From positions 480,001-544,000 of the forward strand of contig CAVQJC010000020.1 of NCBI GenBank assembly GCA_963712745.1: DNA of 64,000 bases, written 5' to 3'. Numbering within the stretch: the stretch's first letter is position 1; every line of letters begins with the position of its first letter. Positions 40,398-52,520 of the stretch are shown piece by piece. The position numbers and the translations under genes are program-made. This DNA comes from an uncultured Chloroflexia bacterium (GTDB taxonomy: Bacteria > Chloroflexota > Limnocylindria > Limnocylindrales > CSP1-4). Under the pieces are notes generated by a model, which saw nothing but the letters and a program-made list of their open reading frames with translations, had not been told where the DNA came from and did no database searches.

Positions 40398-41762
40398 TCA
40401 TGCCGCGACCTCGCCCTCCGTGCGCCCCCACCACGCCTCGAACGCATCGAAGCTCGGCGCGATGGGCTCGGGCAGGGTGGCGCTGTCGTCGCCGGCCAGC
40501 ACGTCGAGCGTCTTGAGGCCGTTACCGGTGATGACCAGCACGGTCTCCTCGTGGCGGCGCAGACGACCCTCGTCGATGGCCCGGCGCAACGCGGCCAGGG
40601 TCACACCGCCGGCGGTCTCGGTGAGGATGCCCTCGGTCTCGGCCAGCAGGCGGATGCTGTCGATGGTGGCCTCGTCGGGCACGCCGATGATGGCCGCGTC
40701 GCTCTCGCGTGCCTGGCGGATGGCGTAGCCCCCGTCAGCGGGTGAGCCGATCGACAAGGAGCGCACGATGGTATCGGGCTTCTCCACCGGCCGGACCAGG
40801 TCGGTCCCAGCGGCAAAGGCGTCGGCGATGGGCGCGCAGCCGTTGGCCTGGCCGCCAAAGAAGCGGACCGAAGCTTCGTCCAGCAGGCCCACGTCGACGA
40901 GCTCGCCGAAACCGCGCTGGAGCTTGGTGTACATGGAGCCGGAGGCCAGTGGCGCGAACAATGCATCAGGGGCTCGCCATCCGAGCTGCTGTGCGATCTC
41001 GTACGAGATCGTCTTGGAGCCCTCGGCGTAGTAGGGGCGCAGGTTGACATTGAGCACGGCCCAGCCTTCGAGCTCGTCGGTCAGCTCCAGGCACAGGCGG
41101 TTGACGTCGTCATAGGGGCCGTCGACCCGAACCACGGTGGCGCCCAGGGCGCGCGCCTGGGAGATCTTGGCGGCCTCGAGGTCGGCCGGGATGAACACGA
41201 CCGCGCGCAGGCCGTTGGCGGCAGCCGCGGCAGCGACGGCAGCGGAGAGGTTGCCAGTCGAGGCGCAGGCAAGCGTGTGGTAGCCCCATTGCCTGGCGCG
41301 GGCGGCAGCCACGGCCACCGGTCGGTCCTTGAAGGAGAGCGTGGGGTTGCGCGAATCGTCCTTCACCCACAGCTTGTCCAGCCCCACTCGCGCGGCCAGG
41401 CGGGGGGCATCGGTCAGCGGTGACTGGCCCACGCGCAGCCCGGACGTCGGCAGCTCGGTGACAGGCAGCAGCTCGGCATAGCGCCAGAGGGTCGCCTCAC
41501 GAGCATCGAGCGTCTCGCGGCTGATACGTGCCCGGATGCCCTCCAGGTCGTACACCGGCTCCAGCGGGCCAAAGCAGCGGGTGCACACGAAGACGGGCGC
41601 GTCCGCGGCTTCCCCGCCGCAGGCGCGGCAGCGCAGGCCGGTGAAACCGGGAACGAAGCCTCGCTCGGCCGAGGTCGTGGGCGGGCTCGATGCGGTACCC
41701 GCGGCGGGGGCGTCTTGTATGTCGGCGGTGTCGGACTGCGGGCGGATGGCGATCTGCGTCAT
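40398..41762 (-). CDS. thrC: Threonine synthase family PLP enzyme with N-terminal Zn ribbon
   Basis: CRAC..CTRC, NPTLSFKDR PLP Lys, ASTGN, EGSKT, TGNGLKT; ATG at 41762 after a GAGAGGA RBS. Confidence 0.85.
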   Translation of the reverse strand: MTQIAIRPQSDTADIQDAPAAGTASSPPTTSAERGFVPGFTGLRCRACGGEAADAPVFVCTRCFGPLEPVYDLEGIRARISRETLDAREATLWRYAELLPVTELPTSGLRVGQSPLTDAPRLAARVGLDKLWVKDDSRNPTLSFKDRPVAVAAARARQWGYHTLACASTGNLSAAVAAAAAANGLRAVVFIPADLEAAKISQARALGATVVRVDGPYDDVNRLCLELTDELEGWAVLNVNLRPYYAEGSKTISYEIAQQLGWRAPDALFAPLASGSMYTKLQRGFGELVDVGLLDEASVRFFGGQANGCAPIADAFAAGTDLVRPVEKPDTIVRSLSIGSPADGGYAIRQARESDAAIIGVPDEATIDSIRLLAETEGILTETAGGVTLAALRRAIDEGRLRRHEETVLVITGNGLKTLDVLAGDDSATLPEPIAPSFDAFEAWWGRTEGEVAA

Positions 41763-41811
41763 CAGGGGGATCCTCTCGGGTCGGAGCGGCCTGGCCGGCC
41801 GCAAGTGCTCG

Positions 41812-41855
41812 TGAATCACGAAGGCCGCGACCTTCGCTTCGTTGGTCGCGGCCCC
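41812..41855 (-). terminator. Terminator-like hairpin in the thrC-like 5' leader
   Basis: Perfect 10-bp stem GGCCGCGACC/GGTCGCGGCC followed by a weak U tract TTCGTGATT. Confidence 0.65.
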
Positions 41856-41901
41856 TGGGATCCGGCCTGATGTCGAGCGCTGCGTTCGGGCGCGCCCGGC
41901 C

Positions 41902-41964
41902 TCAGACCCCGACCGATCCCGGCGGGGCCTCGGGCATCGCCATGCGAGTACCGTGCAGCTTCAT
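41902..41964 (-). CDS. Putative Met-sensing leaderless leader peptide MKLHGTRMAMPEAPPGSVGV
   Basis: 20-codon uORF starting 7 nt after a TACCAT -10 box; ATG codons at positions 8 and 10. Confidence 0.65.
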   Translation of the reverse strand: MKLHGTRMAMPEAPPGSVGV

Positions 41965-41971
41965 CGGCCGG

Positions 41972-42001
41972 ATGGTAGACGGGAGACCCGGTAATTGGCA
42001 A
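41972..42001 (-). promoter_or_regulatory. Sigma70-type promoter of the thrC-like gene
   Basis: TTGCCA-18 nt-TACCAT on the minus strand. Confidence 0.7.
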
Positions 42002-42060
42002 CCCCTTCAGTACACATATGCACGATACGGCGGACTACTCACTAGTCCCGTGCTCGTGAC

Positions 42061-42095
42061 TGCATAGTGATGCGCCCCTGCTGTATAGTCACGAG
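42061..42095. promoter_or_regulatory. Tandem ARG boxes over the argR promoter (autoregulation)
   Basis: TGCATAGTGATGCG at 42061 and TGTATAGTCACGAG at 42082, 21 bp apart; the second overlaps a TATAGT -10 box 6 nt before the GTG. Confidence 0.7.
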
Positions 42096-42614
42096 GTGAG
42101 CCCATCGAGTCGACCCGGTTCTTCGCGCGCCCTCAAGCGGGAGCGCCAGCTTCTCATCCGCGAGCTCGTCGCGACCGGCGCGGTGGCCAACCAGCACGAG
42201 CTGGTGGAGCTGCTGGCAGCGCGCGGCTACGAGGTGACCCAGGCGACCGTCAGTCGTGACGTCACCGAGCTGGGCCTGGTCAAGACGACTGCCGACGGCC
42301 GGCACGTCTATTCGGCCCCTGGCGACCTCGGGGGTGCGCCACCGCCCAGCGACGAACGGTTGTGGCGGATCCTGGCCGACTACCCCGTCCGCATCGGGCG
42401 CTCGGGGCTGACGTTGCTGCTAGTGTCGGAGGCCGGCGTGGCCAACGCCATCGGCCAGGCCATCGACGAGTCGACGTTCCACGAACAGGAAGGCACGCTT
42501 GCGGGTGACAACACCATCCTCGTCCTCTTCGCCGACGAAGGCCGCCTCGAGGCGTGGCTGGAGCGCTTCGAGGCGCTTCGCGCTGCCGTGTCGATGAGGG
42601 GATACGCAGGATGA
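42096..42614 (+). CDS. argR: Arginine repressor
   Basis: Q.EL..LL..GYEVTQATVSRD wHTH and GTLAGDNT C-terminal motif. Confidence 0.93.
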   Translation: MSPSSRPGSSRALKRERQLLIRELVATGAVANQHELVELLAARGYEVTQATVSRDVTELGLVKTTADGRHVYSAPGDLGGAPPPSDERLWRILADYPVRIGRSGLTLLLVSEAGVANAIGQAIDESTFHEQEGTLAGDNTILVLFADEGRLEAWLERFEALRAAVSMRGYAG

Positions 42615-43330
42615 CGATGCTCGGCGACGAGCCGGAAGAGCAGGGGCCGGCCACCAAGCCGTTGAAGATCCTGGTGGTCGACGACGAGCCGGCCATGGTC
42701 GGCGCGATGGGTGCGCTGCTGGGCCAGGCCGGCCATCGCATCATCGCGGCCTACGACGGCGAAGAGGCCCTACGCCGCTTCCGTGATGAGGAACCCGACC
42801 TGGTGCTGCTCGACCTGGCCATGCCGGGCATGGACGGGGCCACGGTCTGCCGGCGCATCCGGGACGTCAGCGACACGCCCATCATCGTGGTCTCGGGAGA
42901 ACGCGACGACACCGCCACCGTGGAGCTGCTCGATATCGGGGCCGACGACTACGTGCGCAAGCCGTTCCGTGCTGACGAGCTGCTGGCGCGGGTGCGTGCC
43001 GTCTCGCGGCGATCGGCCGGCAGCCGCGGCGACCGGGCCAAGGGTGACCCGTCCGGCTATGAGCTCGACCGGCGCCGCCACGAGATCCGCTGGCAGGGCA
43101 CGCCGTTGCCCACGACGGTGACAGAGTTCCGCTTGCTGCAGGCCATGGTCGAGCGGCTGGGCGAGGTCGTTCCGCACGAGGAGCTGTTGGCAGCGGGCTG
43201 GCCGGATGTGCCCGACCCCGACCCGCTGTGGCTGAAGCCACACCTCGCGCGCCTGCGCGAGAAGCTGGTCACCGCGGGAGCGCCGGTGCCGGTGGCCGTG
43301 CGCGGTGTGGGCTACCGACTCGACGCCTAG
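42611..43330 (+). CDS. OmpR/PhoB-family response regulator
   Basis: ILVVDDE, LLDLAMP, GADDYVRKPF, VRGVGYRL; ATGA overlap with argR. Confidence 0.92.
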   Translation: MTMLGDEPEEQGPATKPLKILVVDDEPAMVGAMGALLGQAGHRIIAAYDGEEALRRFRDEEPDLVLLDLAMPGMDGATVCRRIRDVSDTPIIVVSGERDDTATVELLDIGADDYVRKPFRADELLARVRAVSRRSAGSRGDRAKGDPSGYELDRRRHEIRWQGTPLPTTVTEFRLLQAMVERLGEVVPHEELLAAGWPDVPDPDPLWLKPHLARLREKLVTAGAPVPVAVRGVGYRLDA

Positions 43331-43550
43331 CCGGAACCGCCCCGGCAACCAGCTGGGGCGGCCACCGGGCCGAACGCGTCCGGTCGTCACCGTGCCGTTA
43401 CCGAACGTGCACCACGCAGCGACCACTTCCCGACCGCCCTGTCGCTGACATCCTCCTGCGCGCTCCGTAGGGTCGGCATCCAACAGTGCCGGGTCCTGTC
43501 TGCCCGGCGGACCGAGTGGGGCAAGACCCATCGCAGGAGGGACAATCGGA

Positions 43551-44855
43551 ATGATCAACGCTGGCGATACCGCCTGGATGCTGATATCGACAGCATTGGT
43601 GATGCTGATGCTGCCGGGTCTGGCACTGTTCTACGGCGGCCTGGTACGGGCCAAGAACGTGCTCTCGACCATCATGCACAGCTTCTTCGGCCTGGCCATC
43701 GTGACTGTGGTGTGGGTCATCGTCGGCTTCAGCCTGGCCTTCGGCGACTCGCTCGGTGGTGCGGGCATCGTCGGCGACCCGCTGCAGTACCTCTTCTTCA
43801 GCGGCGTAGGCATGGAGCCGGCCGAGGGCAGCACCATCCCGTTCGTCCTCTTCGCCACCTTCCAGATGATGTTCGCAGCCATCACGCCGGCACTCATCAG
43901 CGGCGCCTTCGCCGAGCGCAAGCGCTTTGCCGCGTTCGTCGTCTTCACCATCGCCTGGTCGCTCCTGGTCTACTCGCCCATGGCCCACATGGTCTGGGGC
44001 GGCGGCCTGCTTTCCACGCTCGGTGAGAACGGTGCGCTCGATTTCGCCGGCGGCACCGTGGTCCATATCGCCTCAGGTGTCTCCGCTCTGATCGTCGCCC
44101 TGGTCATGGGTCGCCGCGTCGCCGGCCACCACGTGGAGCCGCACGACGTGCCCATGACCGTGCTCGGCGCTGGCCTGCTCTGGTTCGGCTGGTTCGGCTT
44201 CAACGCCGGCTCGGCGCTGGCTGCTGACGGCCTGGCCGCTCAGGCGCTCATGGTGACCACCGTCTCCGCTGCCGCCGGTACGCTCACCTGGGTCGGTGCC
44301 TCGTACATCAAGGGCCGCAAGGTCAGCGTGGTCGGTGCTGCCGCCGGTGCGGTGGCCGGTCTTGTGGCCATCACCCCGGCCGCCGGCTTCGTCACCGTCG
44401 GCGGTGCGTTGGCCCTGGGCCTGGCCGCTGGTGCCCTCTGCTTCGCGGTCACGCTGCTGCGCGAGCGCCTGGCCATCGACGACTCCCTCGACGTCTTCGC
44501 TGTCCACGGCGTGGGCGGCATCTGGGGCGCCGTCGGCACGGGCATCTTCGCGGTCGCGGCCATCGGTGGGGTCTCCGGCCTCATCGAGGGCAACGTCGAG
44601 CAGTTGATCGTCCAGATCGCCGCCGTCGCCTTCACGGTCGTCTTCGCCTCGGTCATGACCTTCATCATCATCAAGGTCATCGACGTGCTCATCGGCCTGC
44701 GCGTCCCCGCGGAGGAGGAAGAGGCCGGCCTGGACGTGGCTGTCCACGGCGAGACCGCCTACGTGCCCTGGGCCGGCACCACCAGCGGCGCGGTCATGGC
44801 CTCGCCGACCGCGCAGCCGGCACCACCACCCGTTACGGAGGCTGAACCCGCCTAG
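43551..44855 (+). CDS. amtB: Ammonium transporter
   Basis: PGLALFYGG, FQMMFA, DFAGGTVVH, WFGWFGFNAGS, DDSLDVFAVHG. Confidence 0.96.
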   Translation: MINAGDTAWMLISTALVMLMLPGLALFYGGLVRAKNVLSTIMHSFFGLAIVTVVWVIVGFSLAFGDSLGGAGIVGDPLQYLFFSGVGMEPAEGSTIPFVLFATFQMMFAAITPALISGAFAERKRFAAFVVFTIAWSLLVYSPMAHMVWGGGLLSTLGENGALDFAGGTVVHIASGVSALIVALVMGRRVAGHHVEPHDVPMTVLGAGLLWFGWFGFNAGSALAADGLAAQALMVTTVSAAAGTLTWVGASYIKGRKVSVVGAAAGAVAGLVAITPAAGFVTVGGALALGLAAGALCFAVTLLRERLAIDDSLDVFAVHGVGGIWGAVGTGIFAVAAIGGVSGLIEGNVEQLIVQIAAVAFTVVFASVMTFIIIKVIDVLIGLRVPAEEEEAGLDVAVHGETAYVPWAGTTSGAVMASPTAQPAPPPVTEAEPA

Positions 44856-44895
44856 TCGACGCCGACCGCTCCTGCCGACCCTACTCGACCATACG

Positions 44896-44931
44896 CGAAG
44901 GCCCGCGAGGCTCCCGACTCGCGGGCCTTCG
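44896..44931. terminator. Hairpin between convergent amtB and the sensor kinase gene
   Basis: Perfect 14-bp inverted repeat CGAAGGCCCGCGAG/CTCGCGGGCCTTCG. Confidence 0.75.
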
Positions 44932-44980
44932 GCTTGGCTGCAGCGCTGGGCTGCGCATCGCGCGCCGGGGGTGTACCCGG

Positions 44981-46228
44981 CTAGCGGGCCGAGCCGACGA
45001 ACCGCAGGCGCAGGACGAACTGCGAGCCCTGGGGCTGGCGTGGCTCCACGGTCAGCTCCCCGTCCATCGAGTGAGCCAGGCGCCTGGCTGCGAAGAGGCC
45101 GATGCCAGAGCCGCGGGGGGAGTCGTCGAGTCGCACGAACGGTTCGAAGATGCGCTCGTGCCATTCCCTGGGGATGCCGGGCCCGTCATCGGTCACCGCC
45201 AGGCAGGCAGAGTCGCCTGCACGCCAGCCGTAGATATCGATGCTGCCGCCCGCGGGCGCGTACTTCGACGCGTTCTCCAGAAGGTAGCCGAGCAGGCGCT
45301 GGAGCTGCGCCGGCGACGCCAGCGCCACCAGCGGCTCGTCACGGAAACTCGTCTCCAGGGAGCGGCCCCGCAGCATCGGCCGCAACTCCTCGGTCACCAT
45401 CACGACCTCGGCGGCCAGGTCGATGGGCACCAGATCCTGGGGCGGTGACGACATCACCCGCATCGACTCCAGGATGCTGTCGACGGTCTCGTCGAGGCGG
45501 TCGACCTGGGTGAGTGCTTCCCGTTCCCATGTCTCGGCCGACTGTGGGTCGCTGGCACGGGCGGTGCTTCCGAGCAGCTCCACATAGGCACGCACCACCG
45601 CGAGCGGTGTCCGCAGCGCGTGGGTGACCACGGTCACCAGGTGGGCCCTGGCCTCGTCGATGGCCCGGAGCTGTTCCAGCTGCGCCTCCGCCTCGGCGTG
45701 AAGCCGACTCTTCTCGACCAGGCCGGCCAGCAGCCCCGCGAGCGCCTCCAGGAAGCCGGTGTCGGCCGGGCGGAAGTCGCGCGCATCGATGGTCTGGACG
45801 TTGAGGACGCCCACCACCTCCTCCTCCCACACCAGTGGCACCGAGCACATCGAGGTGAACCGGGCCTGGTCGACGCCGCGGATCCAGGCGAAGCGCTCGT
45901 CCTCGTGAACGTCGGGGCTGACGATGGTGACCTGCGACTGTGCGGCCAGGCCGGTTATGCCCTGGCCCATCTCGAGACGCGCGACACCGACCGCGTCCTT
46001 GTCGAGCCCGTTGGTGGCCGCGAGCGTCAGACCACTGCCATCACGATCAGTGACGTAGAGCGAGCAGACGTCCGCGCGGGAGGCGGCCCGGGCGCGATCG
46101 ATGACGGTCTCCGTGAGGTCCTGCCACGTCCTCGCCGACGCGGCCAGGTGCGCGACGTCGGCGAGGAAGCTGATCTCGTCGAGCCGTGGCTCGGGGGGCG
46201 TTGCGTCGCGCGGGGGCGTCTCGGTCAT
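44981..46228 (-). CDS. Cytoplasmic GAF-domain sensor histidine kinase
   Basis: GAF domain, HALRTPL H-box, ENASKY, DDGPG, GSGIGL; ATG at 46228 lies 6 nt after a TACCAT -10 box. Confidence 0.9.
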   Translation of the reverse strand: MTETPPRDATPPEPRLDEISFLADVAHLAASARTWQDLTETVIDRARAASRADVCSLYVTDRDGSGLTLAATNGLDKDAVGVARLEMGQGITGLAAQSQVTIVSPDVHEDERFAWIRGVDQARFTSMCSVPLVWEEEVVGVLNVQTIDARDFRPADTGFLEALAGLLAGLVEKSRLHAEAEAQLEQLRAIDEARAHLVTVVTHALRTPLAVVRAYVELLGSTARASDPQSAETWEREALTQVDRLDETVDSILESMRVMSSPPQDLVPIDLAAEVVMVTEELRPMLRGRSLETSFRDEPLVALASPAQLQRLLGYLLENASKYAPAGGSIDIYGWRAGDSACLAVTDDGPGIPREWHERIFEPFVRLDDSPRGSGIGLFAARRLAHSMDGELTVEPRQPQGSQFVLRLRFVGSAR

Positions 46229-46254
46229 GACCTGATGGTACGGAACGTGCCAAC

Positions 46255-46363
46255 GTCGAGTGCTCGCGCGCGACAGGCCGGCCCGGGCGGCGACATATCG
46301 TTGCCGCCAGCCGCGGCGGAGGCGGACCGCGCGCAAGGCAGCACCTACGCTGAGGTCATCCAT
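46255..46363 (-). pseudogene. Truncated XRE-type HTH gene remnant
   Basis: MDDLSVGAALRAVRLRRGWRQRYVAARAGLSRAS matches the first helices of an XRE HTH and then breaks off. Confidence 0.55.
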
Positions 46364-46472
46364 GCCGAACAGCATGGGCAAAGGCCCTTACTGGCCACTT
46401 CGCTGCCACTTCACTTCGCTGATGATGTGGTCATGACCCGCATCACCACCGTCGGCCCGCCACCATAGGCGC

Positions 46473-47624
46473 ATGACTCGCTTCGATACCCGGCTGGCGC
46501 ACCTCGGCCGCTCGTCCGCGTACGCGGCCCGGACCGTCAATCCACCCCTGGCGCGCGCCAGCACGATCCTCTTCGAATCGCTCGACGATCTGCGCCACGC
46601 CCGGGCGGGGACCCCCTACGAGGAACCGCGCTACGGCATCTACGGCACGAGCACGACCTTCGAGCTGCAAACGGCGATGGCCGAGCTGTGCCAGACCGAG
46701 TCCTGTATCGCCACCGGCAGCGGCCTCACTGCCATCGCCGCCACGCTCTCGGCCCATGCCGCCCCCGGCTCGCGCATGCTCATCCAGGGTGAGGTATACG
46801 AGCCGACCCGGGACTTCGCCGAGAGCGAGATCAGCCCCATCTGCGAGGTGGTCTACTTCGACACGGTCGAAGAGCTGGAGGCCGCCATCGACGAGCGCAC
46901 CAGCCTCGTCTTCATCGAGGTCCCGACATCGCTGACGATGCGACTCATCGACGTTCGGGCGGTCTCCGCCCTCACCCACCGCGCGGCGGTTCCCCTGGCC
47001 TGCGACTCGACCTGGGGCACACCCCGCTTCTTCGACGCGCATGGGCTGGGCATCGACATCTCTATCCACGCGGGCACCAAGTACATCGGTGGCCACAGTG
47101 ACCTCATGCTCGGGCTCACCACCGGCACCTACGACGCGCTCCGGAGCACCCGCCAGTGGTGCGCCCACTACGGCTCCACGGCCGCGCCGGACGTCTGCTG
47201 GCTGGGCCTGAGGGGCCTGCGAACACTGAGCGTCCGGCTCGACCGGCACCAGGCCAGCGCCCTCACCGTAGCCAGCTGGCTGTCCGAGCAGCCCCAGGTC
47301 GCGCGGGTCTTCTACCCGGCCCTCCCCTCTGACCCGGACCACGAGCTATGGCAGAGGCAGTTCAGTGGCGCGCCGGGCCTGCTGAGCATCGAGCTTCGAG
47401 CGTGCGACGAGGCCGCCCATGCGCGCGTCATCGAATCCCTGGCGCTCTTCGGCCTGGGCGCCAGCTGGGGCGGCTTCGAGAGCCTGGTGCTGCCGGCCAC
47501 GCCCTACGCCGGCCGGACCCTCGACGCCCAGCCCGACGAGGGCCGCCTGGTCCGGCTGCATGTCGGGCTGGAGGATCCCGACGATCTCATCGCCGACCTG
47601 GCGCAGGCACTGGCTCGACTGTGA
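46473..47624 (+). CDS. metC: Cystathionine beta-lyase (Cys/Met metabolism PLP enzyme)
   Basis: VNPPLARASTILF, DSTW, AGTKYIGGHSD, GASWGGFESL, RLHVGLED. Confidence 0.85.
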   Translation: MTRFDTRLAHLGRSSAYAARTVNPPLARASTILFESLDDLRHARAGTPYEEPRYGIYGTSTTFELQTAMAELCQTESCIATGSGLTAIAATLSAHAAPGSRMLIQGEVYEPTRDFAESEISPICEVVYFDTVEELEAAIDERTSLVFIEVPTSLTMRLIDVRAVSALTHRAAVPLACDSTWGTPRFFDAHGLGIDISIHAGTKYIGGHSDLMLGLTTGTYDALRSTRQWCAHYGSTAAPDVCWLGLRGLRTLSVRLDRHQASALTVASWLSEQPQVARVFYPALPSDPDHELWQRQFSGAPGLLSIELRACDEAAHARVIESLALFGLGASWGGFESLVLPATPYAGRTLDAQPDEGRLVRLHVGLEDPDDLIADLAQALARL

Positions 47625-48525
47625 CCGGGCAGGCGGGCACGGCCGCGACCGGGCGCGACCGCGAGTACGACCGTTTCGGCCCGTGGGTCCTGGAGATCAC
47701 CGAGGAAGACCCGCTGCCCCGCCTGTTCCTGCCGCACGTGGATCGCAGCGACCAGCCGCTGCTGGCCATCAAGGTCCCCCGTCCGATCGCCCGCCGAGAC
47801 GCCCATCCGGGCATGGACCTCTACGACTACGTGGTCGCCCTCTACGAGGCCGACCTGCTCATCCTCGAACGCGCAGGGTCGGAGGTGCGCTCCCGGACGG
47901 TGGGCTACCGCGACGTGCGTCACTTGAGCCTGCACGAAGAGCTCCTCCGCGGCTCCCTCGAGCTGGGTATCGCCGGCCGCCCATATGCCCTGCCCTATAA
48001 CACCGTCTCCAAGGACATCATGCGGCGCGTGGCCGAGCTGGTCCGAGCTCGCTACCTGGATAGGACCGCGACGACGGCCGACCTGCCGGTGAGTGCCGAC
48101 GAGGACGGTCTCAGCTTCTACTTCGAGCGCCTGCTGCAGCAGGAGACCGCTGCGGGCTCGTCCATGCGGCTGCTCGCGGCGCAACCCGACGCTACGCTCG
48201 GGGACATCGAGCAGGGGGTGGTGCGCCGCCTGTTGTTCGGCATCCTCGACAAGCGGCTGCTTGAGTCCATCCACCTGACCGACGGACGCGAGCTGCGGGT
48301 CATCGACCGCGGCCGGCCCTTCGTCTACCGCTGGCAGTCCGTCTACGGCCGGCGCGAGACCGTCATCCCGCTGGCCAACGTCAGAGACACCGAGTGGGAT
48401 GAGAGCGGTGATGCCAACACGACCACGCTCACGGTGCGCACGGACGGCGGGGACTGCCGCTGGGTGTTCACGCGCGACCGGCCGGGAACCGCCGGGTACC
48501 GTGAGTGGCTGGCGGCGCTGCGCGT

Positions 48526-48529
<4 letters not shown>
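47621..48529 (+). CDS. Hypothetical protein translationally coupled to metC
   Basis: GTGA overlap with the metC stop; protein-like sequence from [12 protein letters not shown] onward. Confidence 0.75.
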
Positions 48530-52266
<3,737 letters not shown>

Positions 52267-52464
52267 CGTGCTCTCGTACCTCTCGAATCCGCCCACCGGC
52301 CCGCACCACCGCAGCGTGGTTGCATCATACGGCAGCAGGGCCTTGGGCCAAGACCGCAGCAGGGCCATCGGCCTGCCCACCCGCTCGAAGCCCGACGGAC
52401 ACCTGGCCGGCCCGTTGCCGTCGACACCCCCGGTGACCGGCGGCTCCGAACCTGCGGGGATGCG

Positions 52465-52490
52465 AAAGGTACCTACCAATCCGACCAATC
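52465..52490. promoter_or_regulatory. Candidate HutC/DasR-type GntR operator
   Basis: AAAGGTACCTACCAAT resembles the GGT-n4-ACCA palindrome, with a second ACCAAT half-site, directly upstream of a TAGACT -10 box. Confidence 0.5.
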
Positions 52491-52520
52491 TGCTAGACTC
52501 GGCACGATGGAGTCGAGCTC

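Noticed and set aside
41812-42001. SAM-I/SAM-IV riboswitch before the thrC-like gene
   Set aside because: No AUC..GAG/GCAACC core was found in the transcribed minus-strand leader.
52267-52460. Cobalamin or SAM riboswitch upstream of metH
   Set aside because: No B12-box or SAM core recognised; a TATGAT -10 box close to the gene implies a short leader.
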